DNA from: a virus
Lineage: Duplodnaviria > Caudoviricetes
Virus record (IMG/VR): IMGVR_UViG_3300005573_000021
Location: 1-42,932 of that record
Direction: 5' to 3' (one strand)
Length of the DNA: 42,932 bases
The position numbers were made by a program, and so were the translations under genes. The notes beneath the pieces were generated by a model. The model was not told the origin of the DNA, searched no databases, and saw only the letters and a program-made list of their open reading frames with translations. Shown piece by piece: positions 36,374 through 42,932 of this stretch. Within the stretch, counting starts at the first letter, position 1. Each line of letters begins with the position of its first letter.

Positions 36374-36715
36374 CTATGCCACCTGTCTTTCCGATTGCGC
36401 GATCTCACATTTGCAAATCTCGCGTGCCTGCACTTCCTGCCAGCCGTCCGGCCAGCCGTCATGACCATTCATGCCGGCAAAGGCGCCGCGTGCGGCACGT
36501 TCCTGATTCTCACGCAGTAAATATCCCTGCTGGATGAGATCCACCTGCTGCGCGAGCTCAGCATCCATAATTGTTATAGAGCCGTTTTTTATCGGCGCTT
36601 GCAGACCGCGCAGACCACCACACCGTGGGCAACTGATTAGGATCGGGAATTGCACTGCGGCACAACCTGTCGGCGTTTTGTTGGCGAACAGAATGACATC
36701 ATCAAGAGTAGCCAT
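36374..36715 (-). CDS. Hypothetical protein with a CxxC motif
   Basis: 113 aa; CPRC and CKC; operon continuity. Confidence 0.6.
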   Translation of the reverse strand: MATLDDVILFANKTPTGCAAVQFPILISCPRCGGLRGLQAPIKNGSITIMDAELAQQVDLIQQGYLLRENQERAARGAFAGMNGHDGWPDGWQEVQAREICKCEIAQSERQVA

Positions 36716-36717
36716 GT

Positions 36718-37092
36718 TTATGCCTCGCGATTTGCAAACGCGCAGATGATCTCTTTCATGTCTGCGTGGTATGTTGCGTCGATAGATAACACCCGTGATT
36801 TCGCTTGTTCGTCCCGGAGCGCTTCACGCTGTTTCTGTAATTCTGAATCGTTTGCTACCCTGATCTCGAACTCAGCGTTGCGGGTTTCCGCATTACTGAA
36901 TAACTTCTTGCCGGTATCAGGATCGACTTCGGCAGCGATATCGCCCATTATCGTCCGTTCGCGGGTGCGAATATCTTTTTCGATCTCGGCTGCGCGACAG
37001 TCCGTTTCGTAGGCTCCAATAGAGCAATCATGGCGCGATTTTGCATGCACCATCGCCTCTGCTTGCATTTTTGCTTGCGTTGTCTCAGACAT
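36718..37092 (-). CDS. Coiled-coil hypothetical protein
   Basis: 124 aa, helical, AAAGGAG RBS. Confidence 0.7.
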   Translation of the reverse strand: MSETTQAKMQAEAMVHAKSRHDCSIGAYETDCRAAEIEKDIRTRERTIMGDIAAEVDPDTGKKLFSNAETRNAEFEIRVANDSELQKQREALRDEQAKSRVLSIDATYHADMKEIICAFANREA

Positions 37093-37174
37093 TGTGTTAG
37101 CATCTCCTTTGGTTTGGCTTTGTGTTTCGGAGTGAGAATGGATTTTTAATTCAATCTCACTCCGTTTTCATTTT
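37075..37174 (+). ncRNA. Predicted antisense small-RNA unit (promoter plus terminator)
   Basis: TTGCGT-17-TAGCAT with extended TG; 10-bp stem CGGAGTGAGA/TCTCACTCCG followed by TTTTCATTTT. Confidence 0.5.
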
Positions 37175-37305
37175 CCAGTCAGGCATGCGGCCACAGGCAG
37201 AATGATGGCGATGCATGCAAAAGCAGTCGTGAGGATTATGATCTGGGTAATAACCCATGCATAATCCAGCCAGTTTTTACAATCACCGAAAACATCGCGT
37301 AGCAT
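37168..37305 (-). CDS. 45-aa single-pass membrane protein (not in the ORF track)
   Basis: MLRDVFGDCKNWLDYAWVITQIIILTTAFACIAIILPVAACLTGK; GAGGTG RBS. Confidence 0.6.
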   Translation of the reverse strand: MLRDVFGDCKNWLDYAWVITQIIILTTAFACIAIILPVAACLTGK

Positions 37306-37314
37306 AGATTCACC

Positions 37315-37446
37315 TCACTTCAAATGTCTCGCTTGCTTGTATCTCACCCGCCGCACTCCACGAGTGTCCAGGTAAATCAGATGATTTCGTCCGGCTTCGA
37401 TGATCTCTCTGACCATGAGCCGAGTTACTCCCCAATCGAAAAGCAA
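37315..37446 (-). CDS. Small basic hypothetical protein (33-43 aa, not in the ORF track)
   Basis: (MLFDWGVTRL)MVREIIEAGRNHLIYLDTRGVRRVRYKQARHLK; GGAGG before TTG 37446, alternative ATG at 37416. Confidence 0.45.
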   Translation of the reverse strand: MLFDWGVTRLMVREIIEAGRNHLIYLDTRGVRRVRYKQARHLK

Positions 37447-37461
37447 AGCAATCCCTCCCTT

Positions 37462-37821
37462 TCAATTTCCCAAAGCCTCTTTCAAAGCATCAGCCAGTGC
37501 GGCCACCGCCTCGCGAGCAGCGATCTTTGCAAGCGCATGGCAGTCGATTGTATTTTTAGGGCTCTCATGCAACACATCACGATAAAACGGCTCAGCAGGG
37601 ATAATCCACCTGCAACCATCAAGACGGAACCCATATATCTCGCCAGATTCAAGCATTTTGTAGATCGTATCTCTGCCGGCATGCAGAATGCGCATAACAT
37701 CATCGACTGATAGCAAGCGCTTATCTTCGATAGCCTGCGGAGCTCTACGCCGTCTCCCGCGCTTTGTCATCACCTCCTGCCGAATCTCATCTCTAAGTTC
37801 TTTTGAAACCGTCTGACTCAT
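37462..37821 (-). CDS. Excisionase-like HTH_17 DNA-binding protein
   Basis: LLSVDDVMRILHAGRDTIYKMLESGEIYGFRLDG.RWIIP signature. Confidence 0.8.
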   Translation of the reverse strand: MSQTVSKELRDEIRQEVMTKRGRRRRAPQAIEDKRLLSVDDVMRILHAGRDTIYKMLESGEIYGFRLDGCRWIIPAEPFYRDVLHESPKNTIDCHALAKIAAREAVAALADALKEALGN

Positions 37822-37858
37822 GCTGAATCCCTCTTTAAGCTCGACTGTTGCGGTTCAG

Positions 37859-37884
37859 AAAAAACCCGGTAGGAATACCAGGTT
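37859..37884 (-). terminator. Intrinsic terminator between the Cro-like and Xis-like genes
   Basis: Minus strand reads AACCTGGTA-TTCC-TACCGGGTT-TTTT; the G-U pair favours the minus strand. Confidence 0.6.
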
Positions 37885-37987
37885 GTATAAGTTCAGGTTG
37901 TAATGTTATACTATTTAGTAAACAGGCATTTAGGATAATGGATATGCTCAGGACGGGCTTGCTGCATGACGCGGCGAGCCCGTTTTA
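37883..37987 (+). ncRNA. Predicted antisense small-RNA unit (promoter plus terminator)
   Basis: TTGTAT-18-TATACT with extended TG; 13-bp hairpin 37953-37983 with two G-U pairs on the plus strand, then a T-tract. Confidence 0.55.
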
Positions 37988-37996
37988 TCGTCTGCG

Positions 37997-38212
37997 TCAT
38001 TGCTGGGCTGGCTGAGCCGTTGGTATTGGTGCCGCGTGAATCGGAACAAGGCGACGGGTGCATTCGATCTTGTATCCGAGTCTATAGAGCTTCTGGTAAA
38101 GAGTGTTTGCGTTATCGAATCCCAACTCACCAGCGGCAGCATTGACGGATTTGCCGTTATCTAGGGCATCTTGCACTTTGGTGATAAGGTCATGATCTTG
38201 TTCATTCAGCAT
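37997..38212 (-). CDS. Cro-like small HTH regulator
   Basis: 71 aa, KSVNAAAGELGFDNANTLYQKL; first gene after the consensus early promoter, divergent from the repressor. Confidence 0.7.
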   Translation of the reverse strand: MLNEQDHDLITKVQDALDNGKSVNAAAGELGFDNANTLYQKLYRLGYKIECTRRLVPIHAAPIPTAQPAQQ

Positions 38213-38225
38213 AATATAGCCTCTG

Positions 38226-38292
38226 TGGTGTAAAGTCTGCTTACACCATGATTATAGGCAAGGTTTATTGTGGTGTCAAGAGCCTTTACACA
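38226..38292. promoter_or_regulatory. Two palindromic operator-like sites
   Basis: TGGTGTAAAGTCTGCTTACACCA (38226-38248) and TGGTGTCAAGAGCCTTTACACA (38271-38292) cover the predicted +1 and the -35 of the early promoter. Confidence 0.75.
38251..38279 (-). promoter_or_regulatory. Early lytic promoter, perfect sigma70 consensus
   Basis: Minus strand TTGACA (38279-38274), 17-bp spacer, TATAAT (38256-38251). Confidence 0.9.
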
Positions 38293-38381
38293 ACATTTTG
38301 TAAATATTTTCTTTGGAAAAGAGCAGGGAGGGTTACTGTCAGCTATACTGTGTTGTAAAAGAGCTTGTTGACAGGAAGATA

Positions 38382-38777
38382 ATGCCGAAGATTAGCAAAG
38401 AATGGGGTAGATGCATCACAGAACTATTGGCCAAGCATGAACTTACCCCTCGCGGGGCGATGCTTAAGGCCAATGGAGTTGTATCGCACACCACAATAAT
38501 AGAATGGCAGCGTGGTGTTGTGCCGATTCAAATAATGGATAAGGCATGGCCTTTTCTTAGTGCATTTCCACGCGAAGAAGCTATTGAGTGTCTGAGAGCA
38601 GCAGAATTACCTATACCTACCGCTTGGGAGGCAGAAGAGCTTACCGGTGACGAACTGCTCCGCAAATACATAAAGGCGATGCGCGGCACAATGGACAAGA
38701 CGAGCTTGGAGAAGCACATTCGGGATATACTTGAGGAAGAGGCAAACGAGCCGGATGGTTACGATCCGGAACCCTGA
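38382..38777 (+). CDS. Putative repressor (divergent XRE-like HTH)
   Basis: LLAKHELTPRGA...VSHTTIIEWQRGVVP; divergent from the Cro-like gene and upstream of the ImmA-like gene; start reassigned to ATG 38382. Confidence 0.7.
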   Translation: MPKISKEWGRCITELLAKHELTPRGAMLKANGVVSHTTIIEWQRGVVPIQIMDKAWPFLSAFPREEAIECLRAAELPIPTAWEAEELTGDELLRKYIKAMRGTMDKTSLEKHIRDILEEEANEPDGYDPEP

Positions 38778-39252
38778 TCTTGCGCGCGAGTGGGCAGCAT
38801 CGGCCTGGTCGCGCCTGCAGCTTTCGATCCCTGTGGATATCGACAAGGTGAGAAAGCACTTAGGGCTTTACATCAGGCGCAAGACTGCCCAAAATGACTT
38901 CTCGGGCTGCGTAATGGCAACCCCCAAGCGGCATTACATAATCGTGAATAGTATGCACCCCTTGGAGAAAAGGCGCTTTACCGTGGCTCACGAGATTGCA
39001 GAGTACCTGCTGATGTGCCAGTGCGAACGCCAGGGCAAGCCGTTTCCAGAGGGACAGGAACGCGAGCATTTCTGTGATCGCTTTGCCGTCAATCTGCTGA
39101 TGCCCGAGCAGCTCGTCCGAGCACAGGCGCAGGAAGTTCACCACGGACGCGGAAATGATAAAACAGCCGTGCTTGCCAATCGGTTCGGCGTGAGCGAGCA
39201 GGCTATGCGGATAAGATTGAAGGAGTTGGGCTTATTATTCTGGGGAAGGTGA
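38755..39252 (+). CDS. ImmA/IrrE-family metallopeptidase-like protein (HExxE variant)
   Basis: IPVDI, IIVN...RRFTVAHEIAE, EHFCDRFAVNLLMP and LANRFGVSEQAMRIRL motifs. Confidence 0.88.
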   Translation: MVTIRNPDLAREWAASAWSRLQLSIPVDIDKVRKHLGLYIRRKTAQNDFSGCVMATPKRHYIIVNSMHPLEKRRFTVAHEIAEYLLMCQCERQGKPFPEGQEREHFCDRFAVNLLMPEQLVRAQAQEVHHGRGNDKTAVLANRFGVSEQAMRIRLKELGLLFWGR

Positions 39253-40193
39253 TGCAAATGTGGCGTATTATATTCCTGGTCTTCGTATTAATGTTGTTCT
39301 TCGTTTCGATTGTTCATGCTGCTGAGTTGGGTCAAAATATATCTGACCCAGCGTTAGCAGCCAGATCCCATTATGTTGCAGGCGAATCCGCACTAAAATC
39401 CGGGGATATATTGACGGCTATCATTGAATGGGAGACTGTCCTTAAGTTAAAACCTACGAGTGATTATACTCAAAAAAGACTTACTGAAGTTCTGACAAAG
39501 CAAACCCCTGAAGTCAAAGAAGCGCACGATCGATATTTAACAGGAATATTGCTTAAGGATCAAGGAAAACTGGATCAGGCACAAAAGGAACTCGTAGCCG
39601 CACTTAATCTACAACCAGAAGCAAAATGTGTTAAGGATCAACTAATTGAGATTGCTGATAGGGAGGCAAAAGAACGAACTAAAACTCTGGTGAATGATCT
39701 TAATACCATAGTCATACATGGCAATTCTACTGGTAAGACTTCTCCGCAAAAGCCCAGCATATCCATTGATAAAGCAAACTCCATACGATTGGTTAGACCT
39801 TATAGTTCTTCTTCCTTAACTCGTCCCAGCAAAGATTATTCGCCTCTAAGAATCCTTGCTATAGACTGGACTCCAACAGGGGAGAAGAAATACGGCCAAC
39901 TTGGTTATGTGATTCAAGGTCAGCTTCGAAATGAATCATCTAATCGTTTTGATTATGTCAGTCTAACAATATCCATATATGGTCCTCCTGCTGGCCATAA
40001 GATTGACTCAGAGGTTATAAATACAGAAGGTTTAGCGCCTGGTAAAACATGGGATTTTCGAGGGCTCATATCAATATGGTCTGATCCCCTGCCTGCTGGC
40101 AATGTCAGAAAAGAATTTCAATTCGAAGTTGATGAAATATACGCCAGTAGGTCCGTAATTCAGAGTCCGGGTACGGCAGTCATTGTTCGATAA
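39249..40193 (+). CDS. Exported protein with TPR-like repeats and a C-terminal FxLYD-like domain
   Basis: Signal peptide ending VHA; two TPR-like helix pairs; IQGQLRN...YVSLTISIY...LAPGKTWDF; visibly AT-richer than its flanks. Confidence 0.72.
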   Translation: MMQMWRIIFLVFVLMLFFVSIVHAAELGQNISDPALAARSHYVAGESALKSGDILTAIIEWETVLKLKPTSDYTQKRLTEVLTKQTPEVKEAHDRYLTGILLKDQGKLDQAQKELVAALNLQPEAKCVKDQLIEIADREAKERTKTLVNDLNTIVIHGNSTGKTSPQKPSISIDKANSIRLVRPYSSSSLTRPSKDYSPLRILAIDWTPTGEKKYGQLGYVIQGQLRNESSNRFDYVSLTISIYGPPAGHKIDSEVINTEGLAPGKTWDFRGLISIWSDPLPAGNVRKEFQFEVDEIYASRSVIQSPGTAVIVR

Positions 40194-40215
40194 TGCTAAT
40201 TAATGGATTTATATC

Positions 40216-41343
40216 ATGCCCGAGTTCCATGTCACGTTTCTTGAATGCCCGAAGATCGGCAGCCGAGTCAGACTGATCCATAATGGTCAGGTCGGTCACT
40301 CGCATCCTATCAAATGGGTGCAAGATCACCCACACGACAAGACCCTGTTCAGAATAATGGCCGAGAATGGGGTGATCTGTGTCGGGCACGTCGATCCTTC
40401 TGCGGAAGCAGTCATTGTTCGGGGCAATGAGACTAGGGCAACGCAATCCGGGCATCCGGTTCCGGCTTCGGCCTCATATCAGGCACGGCAAATACCGGGT
40501 GGGCCTTATCAAAGCGAGCAATATGCCAGGTTGATTCAACAGCAAGTGGCAGGAGCATTTCGCAGCGACTGGAAGATCGAACTGGAGTTCGGCTCAAGCT
40601 CATCGCAGGCATTTCAATATATCTTAGATCGTGCAAAACGTTGCGGTAGTTATGAAGAGATGATTTCAGAAGCTGGGAAACCGCTTTATCGTGTGACATT
40701 CAACGTTGATGCGGTTCCGCAGTTTGAGGAGCTATATAAGCAGGTTAAGAGTTGGAAAACCACTTCCGTGTGCGTGAATGGCCACCAAGTAAGCAATGCC
40801 GACATAAATAAGTGGCTGCGATGTTATAGGGATAAACTCGCATGTGCTCATTCCAATCCGCTTTTCTGCTATGGCGCCAGCCCGTTCACCTATAACCTTT
40901 TCGGGTGCCATAGAACTATGATCCGCGAGGACTGGTATCAGTTCGGGTCGATGCATCCGAATGGTGTCTTTGTGATAGACAAAGACAGATTGGCTGTAAT
41001 CGTAGCAGAAAAACTAATGCCATACCGGATCTGTCCTGCTTTGAACGTCGACCTAATCAGACTTGGCTTCTCATTCATTCCTGATGCGGTTGATCCTCGC
41101 AGAGATGATGACTGGGAATATGTCTATCTACCAGATAGACGGACACAGATTGGCGTAAAACCGAAGATGCTCGAGCTTGTCATTGATGAGCATACTTCGA
41201 GCATATCAACTCTGGCAGGTCAGATCACTATTACAATGGGTATCTATTCTCCCATAATCGTTACGCCTCAGTTCGTGAACATTTATACTGCGCTGCAGAG
41301 GCATTTCGGTATTAGGTCAGCCTATTCTATACGCAAGATATAA
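40216..41343 (+). CDS. Hypothetical protein with a Cys-containing core domain
   Basis: 375-aa ORF in the repressor-integrase run; LRCY, FCYG, FGCHR and RICPAL segments. Confidence 0.75.
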   Translation: MPEFHVTFLECPKIGSRVRLIHNGQVGHSHPIKWVQDHPHDKTLFRIMAENGVICVGHVDPSAEAVIVRGNETRATQSGHPVPASASYQARQIPGGPYQSEQYARLIQQQVAGAFRSDWKIELEFGSSSSQAFQYILDRAKRCGSYEEMISEAGKPLYRVTFNVDAVPQFEELYKQVKSWKTTSVCVNGHQVSNADINKWLRCYRDKLACAHSNPLFCYGASPFTYNLFGCHRTMIREDWYQFGSMHPNGVFVIDKDRLAVIVAEKLMPYRICPALNVDLIRLGFSFIPDAVDPRRDDDWEYVYLPDRRTQIGVKPKMLELVIDEHTSSISTLAGQITITMGIYSPIIVTPQFVNIYTALQRHFGIRSAYSIRKI

Positions 41344-41369
41344 ATACTAACAATAGAGGAGGCACTCAC

Positions 41370-41672
41370 ATGCTTCGAGCAACCCGAATAGTTCCGATTC
41401 TGGTAGTTCTCGCATTTCTTGCCGGACTGGGTCTCACCGCTCCGATCGTCGCGCAGCCGGCGCACCACGAGCTGCAGATTCAGACCGCGGCGCCATACGC
41501 AGCACTCCAGTCCGCAGCCGCGCCCGCAGCTTCTGATGTTGTTTACCTCACTAAAACCGGCAAATGCTACCACCGCGACGGCTGCCGATGTCTGGCGAAG
41601 AGTAAGATCAAGACGACGCGAGGAGAGGCAGAGAAGCGCGGATTCAGAGCGTGCAAGATCTGTAAACCGTAA
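41370..41672 (+). CDS. Small exported protein with a C-terminal Cys/His metal-binding domain
   Basis: Hydrophobic N-terminus; VYLTKTGKCYHRDGC...EAEKRGFRACKICKP; GAGGAGG RBS. Confidence 0.78.
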   Translation: MLRATRIVPILVVLAFLAGLGLTAPIVAQPAHHELQIQTAAPYAALQSAAAPAASDVVYLTKTGKCYHRDGCRCLAKSKIKTTRGEAEKRGFRACKICKP

Positions 41673-41681
41673 AGGATACCA

Positions 41682-42854
41682 ATGATTAAAGACTCATCCA
41701 CAACCAAATACGAGGGTGTCTACATGCGTTATGGTCACCCTTACATCCGCTATGATACCTATACCCCAGACGGTAAACGCTGCCAAAAAAACGAATCCTG
41801 CAAGGGCATGACTCCCGCGCAAGCATATAAATACCGGCAAAAATTAATAGCAAAACTGCAAGAGAGCAGATATAAAGAGCCATCCACGGAAACCGTTACT
41901 GAGTATCTGGAGAGATGGTTTACCCACGCGAAGCAAAACGGACTTGAGGACACCACGCAATACGGTTACAGGTATGCGATAGATCGTATCGTGCCCCACA
42001 TCGGCAAAAGTAAACTCAACGATCTAAAACCAATTGCGCTGCAGGAGCTTATGACCACGTTGAAAGACGAGGGTGGGGTGCATGGGGGTAAACTGTCAGC
42101 GAAGACGGTGTGGAACATATATGGAGTATTACACCGCGCTCTGGACCAGGCGGCGAAGTGGCAATTAATACCTGAGAATCCACTTGATCGAATCGATCCT
42201 CCCAAGAAGAAGCGCCGAGAAGGCAGTAGTGCATCAATTGAAGATATCGCTGCGCTTCTGAATGCATTCGATAAGTCGAACTATCGGGTAGCACTTTATA
42301 TTGCGCTCTGCACTGGGTTACGTCGCGGTGAGATCGTGGGGCTGAAGTGGTCGGATGTGGATTTCAAGCGTGAGATAATCCTCGTGCGCAAATCGATCAG
42401 CCAGGTGCCAAATCTGCCCGTTACCGAGAAGAGCATCAAAAATGAGATACCGCGTAGTGTCGCTTTGACCCCTACATTAATTGCAGAACTGCAGTTACAG
42501 AAACAGATGCAGGCAAAGAACAAAAAGCTCTACGGTAGCAATTACATCAAAAGCGACTATGTATGCACATGGGATAATGGAAAACACATCACGCCAGCGG
42601 CGCTCTCTCAGGGGATGCATAAGATTAAAACAAAACTGGGGATTACGGTATCATTGCATGTGCTACGCCATACAATGGCTACTCTACTGGTTATGTCCGG
42701 CGTTCCGGTCAACACTGCCGCCGAACAGATGGGGCATGATCCTGCGGTGATGTTGCGCATTTACGCGCACGTCATGCCCCAGTCTCGGCAGTTGATCGTA
42801 GACACGGTAGAACACATGATAGCTGCCGCAAAGAAACATTCGAAAGCAAGCTGA
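41682..42854 (+). CDS. int: Tyrosine integrase
   Basis: TGLRRGEIVGLKWSD, HVLRHT, MGH and IYAH catalytic motifs; adjacent to the att site. Confidence 0.97.
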   Translation: MIKDSSTTKYEGVYMRYGHPYIRYDTYTPDGKRCQKNESCKGMTPAQAYKYRQKLIAKLQESRYKEPSTETVTEYLERWFTHAKQNGLEDTTQYGYRYAIDRIVPHIGKSKLNDLKPIALQELMTTLKDEGGVHGGKLSAKTVWNIYGVLHRALDQAAKWQLIPENPLDRIDPPKKKRREGSSASIEDIAALLNAFDKSNYRVALYIALCTGLRRGEIVGLKWSDVDFKREIILVRKSISQVPNLPVTEKSIKNEIPRSVALTPTLIAELQLQKQMQAKNKKLYGSNYIKSDYVCTWDNGKHITPAALSQGMHKIKTKLGITVSLHVLRHTMATLLVMSGVPVNTAAEQMGHDPAVMLRIYAHVMPQSRQLIVDTVEHMIAAAKKHSKAS

Positions 42855-42874
42855 TGTGCTCTTTTTGTGTCCTA
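42855..42874 (+). promoter_or_regulatory. Candidate integrase arm-type sites (TGTGCTC, TGTGTCCTA)
   Basis: TGTGTCCTA at 42866-42874 matches 134-142; lies between the integrase stop and the att core. Confidence 0.55.
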
Positions 42875-42903
42875 TCGCTCTGATTTGCTCGTTTTTGAGC
42901 GTA

Positions 42904-42932
42904 AAATTGGGGCGAGAAATGGGATTCGAACC
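42904..42932 (-). tRNA. Right att core: 3' part of the target tRNA (probably tRNA-His), whose 5' part should lie beyond the window end
   Basis: TTCGAAT T-loop, encoded CCA, and discriminator C73 typical of bacterial tRNA-His. The anticodon is outside the window, so the identity is inferred. Confidence 0.75.

Larger units (their letters stand above)
1..42932. mobile_element. Complete integrated temperate prophage (siphovirus-like gene content) bounded by att direct repeats
   Basis: Identical 29-bp terminal repeats; integrase next to the right repeat; full packaging, head, tail, lysis, replication and immunity modules; tail tube and tape measure present, no sheath gene recognised. Confidence 0.97.

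Noticed and set aside
1892-37710. Numerous 60-200-aa plus-strand ORFs in the ORF track (for example 3445..4032 and 23643..24242)
   Set aside because: Antisense to well-supported minus-strand genes and without recognisable motifs
38528-42523. Minus-strand ORFs within the lysogeny block
   Set aside because: Shadows of the plus-strand repressor, accessory and integrase genes
1-42932. CRISPR mini-array, diversity-generating retroelement, invertible tail cassette, intron/intein or stop-codon recoding
   Set aside because: No regularly spaced repeats, reverse transcriptase, long internal duplication or second recombinase seen by eye; core genes are uninterrupted in the standard code. A self dot-plot would be the decisive check

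Overview
The window is one complete, precisely bounded temperate siphovirus-type prophage. A 29-bp direct repeat at both ends (1-29 and 42904-42932) is the 3' end of a minus-strand tRNA with discriminator C73, most likely tRNA-His. The left ~38 kb is on the minus strand. In transcription order it runs: Cro-like and Xis-like genes; Sak4-like ATPase, SSB, ERCC4 nuclease, RecD2 and NrS-1/P4-type primase-helicase; a late activator; terS; a ~4-kb three-gene insert; terL; portal, MuF, protease and capsid genes; neck and tail genes; lysis genes. The right ~4.5 kb is on the plus strand: repressor, ImmA/IrrE-like protein, three accessory genes and a tyrosine integrase. The most unusual observations are: (1) a translationally coupled carbohydrate-active/adhesin-like cassette between terS and terL; (2) three compact plus-strand promoter-plus-terminator units that would make ~50-70-nt antisense RNAs against early-operon leaders; (3) an acidic DPF[AS][DE] motif repeated at the termini of three replication proteins; (4) a tail chaperone with G and T parts fused in frame and a possible truncating -1 shift; (5) a MuF domain with reversed motif order; (6) an ImmA-like protein with HExxE instead of HExxH. 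All family assignments come from motif recognition by eye, without database searches. No CRISPR array, reverse transcriptase or invertase was seen.
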